Notes: generated from the sequence alone by a model not told the origin. A stretch of DNA of 64,000 bases from Octopus sinensis (GCF_006345805.1 NC_042997.1:162688001-162752000); one strand, 5' to 3'; positions 25,083 through 38,060 are shown, numbered from the stretch's first letter. Made by a program: numbers and translations.

Positions 25083-25418
25083 TGTTCTATCTCAACCAGG
25101 GTCCATATAGGATATTTGTGGGGTCCATGCAACAAGATAGTAAATTGGGAAGGGATCCACAATAATATTTTAAAGGCCCCTGAAAGAATTTTGCTTTAGA
25201 TGTATGTATTGGTATGTATTACAAGAACCAGCTATGTAGCTTTCTCTAACATTTTACATAGTTCATCCTACACAAGTTAATGGGTGAAAAACACAGTAGG
25301 AATTTTGAAAGAAGCTTCTATAAAACTAGTTTTTAAACATCGAATGGCTATAGGGGTCCACCAGAATAAAAATAGTAATCAAAGGGGTCCATAGATAAAT
25401 ATTGGTTGAGAACCCCTG
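25083..25418. mobile_element. hAT-type MITE
   Basis: Right TIR GGTTGAGAACCCCTG; repeated GGGTCCAT motifs; homologous to 41605-41890. Confidence 0.65.
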
Positions 25419-25631
25419 ATAGAGAGACTTGTTCATTGGTCAAGGTGAACTTTGAGTGCTAGTGATCTGTCAACCTGCTGCCACTCAGTCAACTCGTAAC
25501 CAAAATATCCTACTATCTAATCAGCCAGCAGAAAACTCAGTAACATAAATCCTTCCAGAAATATAAAACCTTCATTATTTTGTTTGATATTTCCAACTTT
25601 AATTTTTCAGTTGAAAGCATTTCTCTGTCTC

Positions 25632-25674
<43 letters not shown>

Positions 25675-26063
25675 ATTGATTATTTTTTTATTATCCTAAA
25701 CTATAAATTTTAGAAACTACAAATGTAGATTCTAATTCTTTATTGGTGCTGGAATATTTTGAATTTTACCTTTGTATCTTATCAGACTATACAAAGAGAT
25801 TGTATAAAAATGCCTTCGAAAAAAAAAAAATTATAGAAAAATAAAAAACAGTTAAGTGAATAATTTAAATGTAATGTCTCTAGTTTGACAAGCAGTTTGA
25901 TGCTCCATGATTATCAATTCTTTGTGCTGTTTCACATGAAATACCTGATTTTCATATTACTCTTTTTCTCTCATACTCATTCATTCTATCATTTTTGCTT
26001 GCTCTCTTTCACTCCTTACTCTCTCTCTCTCTCTGTTCTAGTCACCCTCTCTCTCTTCCCACC

Positions 26064-26094
<31 letters not shown>

Positions 26095-26433
26095 CATATA
26101 TATATACATACATATATATATACATACATATATATATACATACATATATATATACATATATATACATATACATACATATATATATATACACATATATATA
26201 TATATATACATACATATACATATATATACATACATATATATATATACATATGTATACATACATATATATATACATATGTATACATACATATATATATATA
26301 TATACATATATATACAAATATACATATATATATACAAATATACATATATATATATATACATATATATATACATACATATATATATATATATACATATCAT
26401 CGTTTAGCGTCCGCTTAAACAATGATGATGATG

Positions 26434-26495
<62 letters not shown>

Positions 26496-26518
26496 ACACA
26501 TATATAGATATATATATT
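26064..26518. repeat. compound (TA)n/(TACA)n/(CA)n microsatellite
   Basis: Direct reading of the sequence. Confidence 0.95.
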
Positions 26519-26564
26519 TATTTATTGTGTGTGTGTCTGTTTTCTGTTCTAATGTCTATTGTAG

Positions 26565-28300
26565 GTGATTGTCTTTCTGTCAGTAACTTTTCTTTAAACA
26601 TCTTTGTCAGAACTTTAGTCTGTTAAGTAGTATTTCTCAAAGTTAACTAAAAGTATTTTGAAATTAATAGACATTCTTCTTTAATAAGCCATTGAGAGGA
26701 TAATTGCTATTTTCCTGCCAATGTGCTACATCCAGTGACCTTTAGTAGGACCTAAATTCACATATTAAATTAGATCTTAGAACATTTACCATGAAGTATA
26801 TGTTGATGATGATGGCAATATAACTACTAATTGTTCAATAAATAATGAATGATAAATTTGTGTGTGTGTGTGTGTATAAAATACTGTTTAAAATAATTGA
26901 AATTATGTTGTATTTTCTATATATGAGTGTGATAAACTGTTGGCATATTCCCTTTGTTTCTACTGCTGACAAAGCCAAAACATAAAAAAAAAACATTGGG
27001 TGTGCTAATAATGTTTCAAATTGGACTTGTGTAAATCTCTATCTAACCAGTGCCAGGTCAGTTCTGGGAGTCTTGTTCTTACAGCAAGCCGCCACCCAAC
27101 TGAAGCCTTTTCCAAAAACAACATTTTCATTATATGTTAAAGATTTTATTTTTAATCTTTCAGTTTTTTCTTTCTCCTTCTTCCCACTTCTCAACACCTT
27201 CTCTCTGTTGTTCTTCCTCCATGCAACTCACTAAAATAAAGTTGATTAAAAAAAAAATAAACCAACCATCTTTTTTTGTTTTTAGCTTCTGTTGTTACTA
27301 TTTCCAACTGCTTTTCTTTCTTCCATCTATATAGTCATCAACTCTATTGGCCTTTCTTCCTTTTTCTTTTGTCTCTCCTATTTTTCTTGCATCCTTTCAC
27401 CAATCAATTTATTTTCTGATAAATCTATACTTTCTGAAACGATTTTTCTTTCGAAGAACATTACAGAACTATTTTTATGGCTTTTTCGTCAGATGTTACT
27501 CTGATGGTCTTTGCTAGAAAAATGTTAACTTGTGAAACAATAACTCAGCTAGTAGAAATAGTATTTGCAGTAGTGAATTAACTGAAAAGAACACTAGAAA
27601 AAAAAGGTGGTTCATTCGTTATATCTTATAAGATAGTGAAGTTTGTTTTTGTTGTTAAATACAGAAATTATCTTTTTATTGTTCCATACCAAGATTGTGC
27701 TTACTCCAAGGCGAAATGATAATAAAGCATACATTAACCATCTGGTACCATGATTAAAATCGTTTGTTGTTATTTTTTTATTCATTTTGTCTTTTACCAT
27801 TGTTTTGTGTATCTGTATTTGATAACCAAAGTAGTTTTTGGTTATAACTGAAGAATACTTCATAAAATGATATTTTTAAATACTAACGTATGTGAGTATA
27901 TGTTAGTGTCTCCTTGTGTTGATACCATGTGATAATTATGAGAGAAATAGCTTGCTTGGAAACAAGTGAGAGTTGGCGATGGGATGAACACCCTGCTGTA
28001 CAAAATATGCCTCAATACACACCATCCAATCCATGCCAACATGGAAAAGTAGAAACTGAAATGATGATAATTTGAATTTTGTTCCACTTTTGTCTTTGCA
28101 TTTTTATTTTAAATTTATTTCTAGTATAGATTTTCACTTCCTTTTTCCATTATTTTAGAATTTTGTAGATCTTCCTATATTATATCTAAATTTTATGCAG
28201 TTTAAAATCCATTTCTCATTATCTGTGTCTCTAAATGTTATCATTTCTGAAGAAAAAAAAAACAATATTTTTTTGTGTGGTCTTGTTTGCGTTTGTGAAG
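26565..28300 (+). other. candidate terminal exon / 3' UTR
   Basis: Branch-point-like TTCTAAT plus pyrimidine-rich TTGTAG| acceptor; early stops in all frames; U-rich and nearly free of repeats; AATAAA at ~26837, 27235 and 27719; ends at the CpG transition. Confidence 0.3.
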
Positions 28301-29789
28301 AATATGACTAAATGTTGCTTTTAATTTGAAAATGTGGGGAACAGTACGCAATTGTTTAAAGATTATCAGGAAATAAATCAATATATTCACGATTACAATG
28401 GCATGGTCATTGAGAAAGCTATCAGATGTCGCTTAGCTGTGGCCACCTAGTCGTATGAATTGGCATATTTCTCAATGGCTATGCAGAAAATTCAGTTTTC
28501 TCGTTGGTCAGTGATACACATGAAAGCTATGTTGTTTTACATGACTTATGCTGTCTGATCTTTATTTTAGCTGTTATGAGGCAAATAAGTGGAGTGGAGA
28601 TGATTATCTGCTGAAAACTGGTTTTAGACGACAGAACAGATCGTAGTCTATAACAAAATATGTTATAAAATTTTAGTTTTTATATAATATCCTGAATGAT
28701 AAATTAGATCTTTATTCTTTTTATATTTCCCTTTCGTTGCATAATGCTTAACACTGTAAAGAAATAATTATTTTACTTATTGTATTAAAAGAAGAATGTT
28801 CAAACCAGCTTGCGTTATGATCGAGGCACGTGGAGATGGGTAGTTATTCTGAAAAGTATGATTATATTACGTATCAATAAATATTGGAATTTTTGTCTAA
28901 AAAATAAATGTTCGATGGAGAGTCACTCTTATACGAGTTAATTAGACGTTAGACTAACGGGTTGAGATTTGCTAGATCGTGTCCCACTAACACCACGACC
29001 ACTATTTCGTACATGAATGAACATGACACTTAAACCATTCCGGTTCAGTGAATCTAATTCTTAATAATTATCATCGATATGTACAGCTCACTGTATAAAT
29101 TAAACAGTGTTTGCCTTAATAGATTGTACTGATAGGGCAGACATATGATCAAAGGCGTTCCAGTTCCTTATTTTTTCTTTTTTATTTCTCGGTTTTTGGG
29201 TTCGCGATTTTAAAGTCGTGGTTTCTATTCTTGAGCAGCGCGTTTTGTCATTGAGCAAGGCGCTTCATCTCTCGATGTCCCGGTTTCTTCAGCTAAAAAT
29301 GAGTACTGGTCTATTGCTAGCGTAGCCGTCTCTCCCTCCAGCTGTAACGCTTTCAATATTCTGCTGAGTCAAAAGAGGGGTGTCTATGTTTGCTTGCGAC
29401 TGCGTCGGCGCCCAAAACAATTAGCGAAAGAGTGGTGCATGTTATCAAGTCATACTTGCAAATAACAGTTTTAATTTTTTTTTTAATTATATGCACATCT
29501 ATATATCGCAGTGCCTTACTTTTTTAATGTGGCAGGGAGATTTGGCTACAGTTTCTAGTGAGTTCAATGACCACAAAGAAGCCTCTTCATTGCTTGACCT
29601 ATTAGTGTTTCGTTAGCTTTCCGTTCTGAATTTGTTTTGCTTTCTACAACGTTTCACTCAACTGTAATAGAATAGAAGACATTTTAAATCCTACCTTGAT
29701 AAATTAGACGCAGAAAGAGAGAACAAATCAATTCAAAATTTTTTTTTAAAACACAGCAGAAGTCCAAGAGACATCCACAGTTAATATTA

Positions 29790-29880
29790 GATTGACGCTC
29801 AAAGAAGGGAAAATGTTATAGAGTAAAGGTTTAACGTTTCGGATATAGCCCTTCATCGGATACTACGGGAAAATTTGGAG
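29790..29880 (-). mobile_element. Penelope-like terminal fragment with a degenerate hammerhead-like motif
   Basis: Minus strand TCCGATGAAGGGCTATATCCGAAACGTTAAACC. Confidence 0.5.
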
Positions 29881-30344
29881 AAAATGACAAGGAAGAGTGC
29901 AAACGAGATAAAAAAATGAGAAGAGATCCAAGAAGAAACAGTTGTGAGATAGGTTCACTGCTAAATGCTTTTAACCATTTCTCTGATCGAGCAGAGCTTA
30001 ATCTAGAGCTACTATTAAAAAAAATCTTAAATTCTTAATAGTATTTAATGAGCAGCGTCGCTGGTTGTAGGTTTGCAGTGGGCCAATAAATTGTTTGTTG
30101 CAATTCCAATGGCGAGAGTGGGAGATGAACGGCTGTCGAAAAATATCTCAAGGTAGTGTTCTGACATACGGTAAGGTTTCACATATCTATTATCGTACAT
30201 CCCAAAATGTCAATTAACTGGTACTACCCATGCAATCAGTATTAACCAGGTGGTGCCTTTACAGTTATATTTAATGCATTCTTGTACATTTTCAGAGGCA
30301 GAAATGTTGACTCTGTAGCTTAATATATATATTCTTTCATTATA

Positions 30345-30555
30345 GGGCAGCGAACAGGCAAAATCGTTGGCATGCCGTACAAAATGCGCTGAGTGGAATT
30401 TCATCCGTCTTTATGTTCTGAGTATAAATTCCACCGAAGTCGACTTTACTTTCATCCTTTCGGGGTCGAAAAATAAGTATCAGTTGAGCATAGGGGTCGA
30501 TGTAATCGATTATTTCCTCCCCCGAAATTACTGGCCTTATGCCGAAATTTGAAAT
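30345..30555 (+). mobile_element. SINE family B
   Basis: GGCAGCGAACAGGCAAAATCG..GTCGACTTTACTTTCATCCTTTCGGGGTCG..GAAATTTGAAATC. Confidence 0.8.
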
Positions 30556-31819
30556 CAACATGTTCACTATCTGTAGCAAGCATGAACAACCTTTATTGAG
30601 AAGCGGGCCGCACGGAAAATGGCTCATCATCAAAGAAACTCTTCGTTAGGTATGCCATGTCGAAAGTCACGCGGGCCGCAGGTTACCTATGATTGATTTA
30701 TAGTAACAAATATATGTGATCTTTCTGTTCAACGAGGAAGGTCACGCAACTTGCTTGAAATACCAATAAATCTCTCTCAAATTACACTTAACTATCTTAA
30801 GAAAAAGAAGACATTGTATAACGTAGGCCTTGGTGCACTAAGCCTGAATAAAGGCGTAGTTGTCATGGTTGGGATGCCTTTTGGTCATATATCTGTTTAA
30901 TCAGATCTGACCCGGGGCTAAACAACAACACGAACAACTTATGTAATTGGCTAATATTAATGAAAATGGACAATAAAGTATATTTCTGTAATAGTCTAAA
31001 GTGAACACAAAATGAAATAATACAATATAAAATATAAAAAGAAATTCTATCCATAAAGCTCTTTTTGTAAAATAACATACTGCAAAAGACCCATTGTCCA
31101 AACATTGTATAAATGAATAAACTATGACGTTAAGAGGAAGTGAAACGGTTGTACCTGACCAGTGTATTAACATTGCTTCTGAATTGGTTTAACTTCGATT
31201 GGTCTTGATCAGTTTTTTTTTTCAGTTACCAATCCAGTATTCCTTCCTGGTTAAACAATAGGGCTCAACAACACTTCCGGTCTTTCCTGTAAGGGTCAAA
31301 TTCAGTGTTGCATTATTGAAACGGTCATCTGGAGATTTGGCATCAGTGCTACCTTTGTGTCTGCCTAATAGTTTCGCCGGAAATCAGAATCACATCCCAC
31401 TTCTCTTGTTAACCCCCATAGTGTGTGTGAGTGAGTGAGAGAGAGAGAGAGAGCAGAAGAAAAGATAAGCTTGTCTTCTATTTTAATTGCAACAAAAATA
31501 TAGGAGTGCTGACCAGCGATGTTTGACCAGTCTCGGCCATTTCCAACTGTCAACGGTTGGACGAAGAAATGGTCAAACAACAAAAATGAACAGATAAATA
31601 GAATAAAAGTAAAAAAATATTAAAAGCGAAAGAGAATAAATGAAAAGCGAAAAGAAAAAAAATAAGAAAACGCGATTAGAACTGTGTTTAGGTCTTATTT
31701 TGTGTGTGTGTGTGTGTGTTTTGCGCTATTGTTTCACACTGAGACTAGTTCCAGAGATGGCGAGCCTGAGACCCTGTTTCGATTCCCAGTTGTATCAATT
31801 TATTTCATTATAATAATCC

Positions 31820-32005
31820 TTTCTGCTATAGGCACAAGGCCTGAAATTTGGGGGAGGGGGATAGTCGATTACATCGACCCCAGCACTCAACTGGTACTTA
31901 ATTTATCGATCCCGGAAGGATGAAAGGCAAAGTCAACCTCGGCGGAATTTGAACTCAGAAATATCGCTATGTATTTTTCCCGGCATGCTAACGATTCTGC
32001 CAGCT
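31820..32005 (-). mobile_element. SINE family B
   Basis: GGATGAAAGGCAAAGTCAACCTCGGCGGAATTTGAACTCAGAA..TTCTGCCAGCTCGCTGC. Confidence 0.8.
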
Positions 32006-32384
32006 CGCTGCTTTTATTTTACTATAATAACGTTTTTGGTAAACAAATCAGTGGCACCCCAATATAGCGTTAGCAGTGATTACTTTTTACTAGTTTCAGT
32101 CATTGGCCTGCTGTCATACTAGGACCCCACTTTGAAAGTTCCCTCTCCTAAATTCCTTCACAAAACATTGGTCAGCCTGAGGTTATAGTAGAAGATACTT
32201 GTCCTAGGAGCTGCGCAGTGGGATTGAAACTGGAACCACATGATTGCAAAGCGAGCTTTATAAGCACACAGCTATATCTGCGCCTGTTTAAAGAAATCTT
32301 AAGAAATAAAGCCAACAATCGTATTTTGTTATCTCTTCCTTGCGTTTTTGTAAGAAACTGATTTTAAAACAAAAGTGTAACAGA

Positions 32385-32453
32385 AGACTGAGGATCGAAC
32401 TCACGACTCCTGGTTTGTAAAACCAGTATCCTAAGCACTGAAACGGCCACAGC
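32385..32453 (-). pseudogene. tRNA-derived pseudogene or SINE head (tRNA-Thr-like body)
   Basis: Minus strand: anticodon arm CTGGT-TTTACAA-ACCAG, variable loop GAGTC, T arm GTGAG-TTCGATC-CTCAG; acceptor stem unpaired and D arm degenerate. Confidence 0.55.
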
Positions 32454-32869
32454 AATAAGATTTTAAAATACGGTTTGAGGAAGCAAAGACGATGAGCCAA
32501 CGAAACGTTTTAATTTCGAATCGTGTGAAGTCCAACTTTGCTTTCATCTTTCAATGATCGATCAAATAGGTACCAGTAACATAGTGAGGTTGATTAGATC
32601 ATATCATATCACAGAATGTTTGGCTTTGTACAAACGCTAGGAATCAATACTATTGGCGGAATCGGTAAAGCGTCGGGCAAAATATCTTGTAGCATTTAGT
32701 TACGCATCCTCTTTGCGTTGAGTTCCAGTTTTGTGACTTCGTCTGTTTTTTGTATCTATCCAGGGTCGATATAATTGACTGTTCGTTTCCCCCAAATTTG
32801 TGCTCTCACTTACAAATTTGTCCTTTTCAGCAACTTAAACCTTAGCAGCAACAAAACTTCTAGAATATT

Positions 32870-34395
32870 CTTGTATCATATATATTATTAACAATTTATC
32901 ACGTAGATATCGTTAACAATTTATCACATCTACTCTAAATATTATATCTTATATGACTATATAATAATTCGGCACATATTATCATTTACATATTATTGTC
33001 AATTTATCAAATATTATCACACATATCATAAATAATTTATCATGTGCAAGGTGTGGCTGTGTTATATGAAGCTTGCTTCCCAACCACATGGTTCCGGATT
33101 CAGTCCCACTGCATGACACCTTAAGCAAGTGTCTTCTACTATAGCTGCGGATCGACCAATGCCTTGTGCATGAATTTAATAGACGGAAACTGAATGAAGC
33201 CTGTCGTATATATGTAAGTATATGTTTATTTGTGTGCCAATGTTTTTCCCCCAACGCCTTCGCTTGACAACCGATGTTAGTGTGTTTACGTTCCCGTAAT
33301 TTGGCAGTTCCATAAAAGGGACCAATAGAATAAGTACCAGATTTACAAAGAATAAGCCCTGGGGTCGATTTATTCGATTAAAAGGCGGTACTCCAGCATG
33401 GCCGCCGTCAAATGACTGAAACAAGTAAAAAAACGAAAGACTACTATTGATAATCCATCATATTGTTACAAATCATAGAGAATTTATCACATTATAAATT
33501 ATATATAATATTTTATATTATTATCAATTTATCACCAACTATCGTGTATTTTTAAACAATCTATCACATTCTTAATGTCACATATTAACCGTTTACTGCA
33601 TATTATCAGCAATTTATCAGATATCACATACTATCCCTTTGGAATCAATTTATCACATAAGAATCACATATCACGTTACCAATAATTTATCACATCACAT
33701 CAATATTTATCACATACATATTCTCACTTATTAAAAGTTTATCACATATTTTCACTTATTATAGCGTATTAAGAATTTATTGTATATCACGTATTATTAA
33801 CAATGTATATCAGAAGATGATTAATTTATTACATTATCACATACAAATGATGTATCACATGATTTTATATATTAATATAATACATAATATTTACAATTTA
33901 TACTGTTTCAGATAATATCACGATTAATATTTCGTTTTTGGATTTGGTTTGCAAGATTCTTTATATGAGTTCGTGTGTTGAAGCATATTCTATTGTGTCT
34001 GGGAAGAGTCATTTTCTTTTTGTGCCTTATGATTTAACATAATCACCGGTAAAATTTCCACTTATTTCTTATTTTTATTCTCCCAAAATTTTCGTTGCGT
34101 CTTGCAACCTTTTCAATAGTCAAGACTACCGGTGAGTGCGTTAAATCATAAGGCACAAAAAGAAAATTACTTTCCCCAGATATCACGATTAATAATTTAT
34201 CACGTTATTAACAATTAACTACGTTATCACATCTCATTAATAATTTATCTTATATTACAAACAAGTTACCAGATATCACAGTCTTAATAATTTATCTCAT
34301 ATCACATTTTTATAATATATTTCATATCACATTATATATAATTTATCAAATTATCACTTAATCTATTCAGATATCATATATTAACAATCTTTTAT
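32870..34395. repeat. degenerate AT-rich minisatellite built on AATTTATCACAT, with nested insertions
   Basis: Dozens of TTATCAC/TATCACAT variants; interrupted by SINE A (33045-33430, minus) and a repeat fragment (33935-34175). Confidence 0.7.
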
Positions 34396-34401
34396 TATAT
34401 A

Positions 34402-34796
34402 CTAGCAGTATCGCCCGGCGTTGCTCGGGTTTGTAAGGGAAATAACTATATAAGCATTTTTAGAGAGTTATAGCCAAAAAATAGCAAAAAATGCATTAAA
34501 AATGGAATAAAAATTAAGGTAAATTTTTTTTAAATCGTTGACACATCGTAGATATTTTTAGAGAGTTACTTCCCTTATATAATAGCGAAAAAAATGCATT
34601 AAAATGGAAAAATATGATGGTAAATTTTTTTAAATCGTAGACTCATCGTAGACGCACGCTAATACCCAGAAGGGCTCGATATGAATCACGACTATAAGAT
34701 ACCCGGTTTTGGTTACACTGCACCGCAAAATGTGGGAGTAGTTAGGAATCTAAATCGTAGGAGACAGACATACAACTTCACTTTTATATATAAAGA
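34402..34796 (-). mobile_element. non-autonomous Helitron
   Basis: On the minus strand A|TCTTTATATATAAAAG...CCCGAGCAACGCCGGG-CGATACTGCTAG|T; sister copy at 50715. Confidence 0.9.
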
Positions 34797-35279
34797 TATA
34801 AGCCACGTAGTTATATACACATACTTTGTTATATACACATTCTTAAAAGAAAATGTTATTTTGAACACAACATTTATAAAGAATAAAATTTTTTTGGTTT
34901 TCTTTTAAACGGATGCATACATTTATTAATAACTATATATAAGTGTCGTCTGTTTATACATAAACACTGTTTCATACTGCAAGCTCGGCTCGCCAATTAA
35001 TACTACCAAAATTTAACGACAGAAAGTAAAATAAAAACCAATTTACCTTTTCTGTATTGTTATAGCAATTCGACCGTCCGTGTGTCTTTGCAAATGTGTT
35101 GGAATGAGAAGTGAGTTGTGTTTTGGCGCCTTTTTTACTAATAACAAACACACACGTGTTTGTATGTAGTTGTTTGAAACGTTTGTGTTTGTCACTGTCA
35201 TATATGTATGTGTATGCGTGTGTGTGAGGAATGACACACACACACACACGCACGCACACATGTACATCAATGCTTTCGG

Positions 35280-35849
35280 AGTGAAATGTTAAAATATTGA
35301 GTTTTCTCGAATTTTGTCTTAATTGGGGGTAAAATTGAAAGAAATTTTGTATGGCATGACCCAATGGAAGTACTTTGAAAAATCATGGGTAAACTCTAAT
35401 TGAAGAAATTGTGTGAGGAGTAAATCGTTATGTATTTATTTGTTTCTGTTTGCTGTGTTTTTTTATTTTTTTAGTAGTGGTTTAAGGTACACTTCTCTCG
35501 TTTTATCGAAATAGTTTCACTTTAATCGTTGCAAACTTGCAAAGAGAAAGTTGTAGAAATTAGAGTGATAGCGTGAGTGAATCAGATTGCTCCCTTTGTG
35601 TGTGTGTGTGTGTGTGTGTGCGTGTGCTATAGCCCACACTAAGAAAAGTACTTGACTCACACACCACAATGTGAGTTTTCTCTAAATTTTGCTTAATTGG
35701 GGTTGAAATTTTAAAAACTGGACCTGGCACGACCCGATGCATTCTACTCTTAAAAATGCTAGGTAAATTGTAATTGAAGAAATCCTATATTGTAGATTTC
35801 TATAAGAGACAAAGGGAGGCAGATAAAATTTGCCTTTTATAATAAGAGA
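35280..35849 (-). mobile_element. probable Helitron 5' portion with an internal ~120-bp direct repeat
   Basis: Minus-strand A|TCTCTTATTATAAAAGG at 35849; GAGTTTTCTC..AATTGAAGAAAT duplicated at ~35300 and ~35672; 3' end not found. Confidence 0.4.
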
Positions 35850-36529
35850 TTGGTTTCAAACTTTGGCACAAAGCCAGCAATTTCGAGGGAGGTGAGGAAG
35901 TCGATTTCAGTACTTATTTTATCGACCCCAAAACAATGAAAAGTGGCATTTGGACTCAAAACGATGAGAGAGCGGGGTGTTCCGTAATCTAAAAAGATTT
36001 TCAAAATCATTAGTTTTTAAAGTGAGATTCTCTATTTTTGTAATCTTTTTATCCTGTTTGTTTCGCCATTAAAAGCTACCAGTTGCTCAGATAGCCGGCA
36101 CATACCATTTCGCTAGCAACAAAGGGAGTACAGGATGCCAGTCAGCCAGCCAAAATCGTCACTATGCTGTCTCTCTTCTTTCCTCTCTCTATCTCTCTTA
36201 TGAAGTTGTATATATATTGTCTTAAGATACGTTATCAATCAATTATCCCTATTGAGAAGAAACAGTCAAAAGTAACAACCACATACAATCACCAAACATC
36301 TCCACTACTTAACACCGTCCAAAGTTAACCCTCTTCACCTTTACAGCTGTCATATAAAGAAATAACCGGCTCTAAAGATAAAGAAATAACCTTTACAGCT
36401 GTCATGAAAAACTACGAGGAGAAGGCAACCATTTTAATTCAGCAAAAATAAAAATAAAAAAAGAGAAAAAAATTGATTGCTATTAAAACGCGTAAAATTT
36501 TGGGGTTAATAATTTTAATCTTTAGGGAT

Positions 36530-36720
36530 CTTTTCAATCTGCCCAACAGATTTTTTAATTAATTTTTTTTTTTAACTAAACACTTTGAAACTTCGGATAC
36601 TGGTAGAATGTATCACATAGGACAGAGTTTTACTCTTAACTCTTTTGACAAAATTTTGTATTTTAGAAGTTATTTCGTGTTAAAGTTGGCGTATTTGGGT
36701 AATCTTAACTAATCAATGAC
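36530..36720. repeat. interspersed repeat, reverse-complement homologue of the 46060-46390 units
   Basis: TTAACTAAACACTTTGAAACTTCGGATACTGGTAGAATGTATCACATAGG is approximately the reverse complement of 46105-46165. Confidence 0.65.
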
Positions 36721-37208
36721 GTGTATTCAGCTGAAAAATATTACTGCGGCTGTTTGTGAACAACAACTTCTGGGTCCACTCCCCTAACAAAACCCTTCTT
36801 TAATAACCACAGATGTTTTTATAGCAACATAGGTTTGCTGTATCAGGGCTGATTTGAGGCTAAATAACAACAAAATTATTACTGAGTCAACCAACAACGG
36901 AGCCTGTATGTGGTTGCATGACCGGCTAGAAAAAAATAGCCAAACTTTCTTTTTATATACAGAATAGATAGATAGATACATAGATGTATGTATGTATGTT
37001 TTTTGTGTGTGTGTGTGATTGTGTTTGTCCACCACCGCCTGATGTTGGTGAGTTTACATCCCTATAACTTAGTTGTTCGGTAAAAGTGAACGATAGAATA
37101 AGTACAAGGTTTCAAAAAACAAAAGTACTGGGGTCGATTCATTCGACTAACATTTTATTTCAGGGCGGTGTCCAGCATGGCCGAAGTCCAGTGACAGAAA
37201 GAACTAAA

Positions 37209-37530
37209 ACACACACATTCATACGCGCACGCACACACACACACACACGCACACTCACACGCGCACGCACACACACACACACACACACTCGCGCACGCAC
37301 ACACGCACTCATGCATACACACGCACACACACATGCACATACACACACCCACATACACACACGCACACATGCACCCGCATACACACGCATACACACACAC
37401 ACACTCACACACGCACGCATACGCACACGCACACACGCACGCATACACACACACATGCACACACGCACATACACACACTCATACGCATACACACACACGC
37501 GCATACACACACACTCGCTCACACAACATA
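37209..37530. repeat. degenerate (CA)/(CGCA) microsatellite
   Basis: Direct reading of the sequence. Confidence 0.92.
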
Positions 37531-37836
37531 CGCAAAGAGGATGCTTTAAAGAACAGTCGTTTTACATGTCTTATGATGTCTACCATCGATGTAAAAACAT
37601 CTTTGACCTTAAACAATAAGCCGGATTAGAAACGCTCAATCATTACACATTTAAGTTTAGCTGGGTGGTGGTGGTAGCGGTGGGGTTGTGGCGTGGAGGG
37701 TAACATGGAGGGGGAGTGCGAGGTTTAGGGGGGAAAAGTGTCAGGAGAGGGTGTGTGACCGTAACAGTTTTGCGTATGTTTTCTACTTTATGAAAATAAT
37801 TCATTAAAAGACAATCAGAAATAGTAAAATAGACAC

Positions 37837-38060
37837 GCCTCTCTCCTTCCTCTCTCTCCCTCTCTCCTTCCTATCTCCTTCTCTCCTTCCTCTCTCCCTC
37901 TCTCCTTCCTATCTCCTTCTCTCCTTCCTCTCTCCTTCTCTCCTTCCTCTCTCCCTCTCTCCTTCTCTCCTTCCTCTCTCCCTCTCTCCTTCCTCTCTCT
38001 CCCTCTCTCCTTCCTCTCTCTCTCTCTCTCTCTCTCTCTCCTTCTCTTTCCCCTCCCCAC
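37837..38060. repeat. CT-rich minisatellite (~33-bp higher-order unit)
   Basis: CTCTCCTTCCTCTCTCCC units; the minus-strand ORF shows an 11-aa period (ERGREEGEKER). Confidence 0.8.

Noticed and set aside
28800-29500. Promoter suggested by CACGTG and rising CpG
   Set aside because: Much of it is decayed SINE head sequence; a single E-box is uninformative and no first exon or donor was found.
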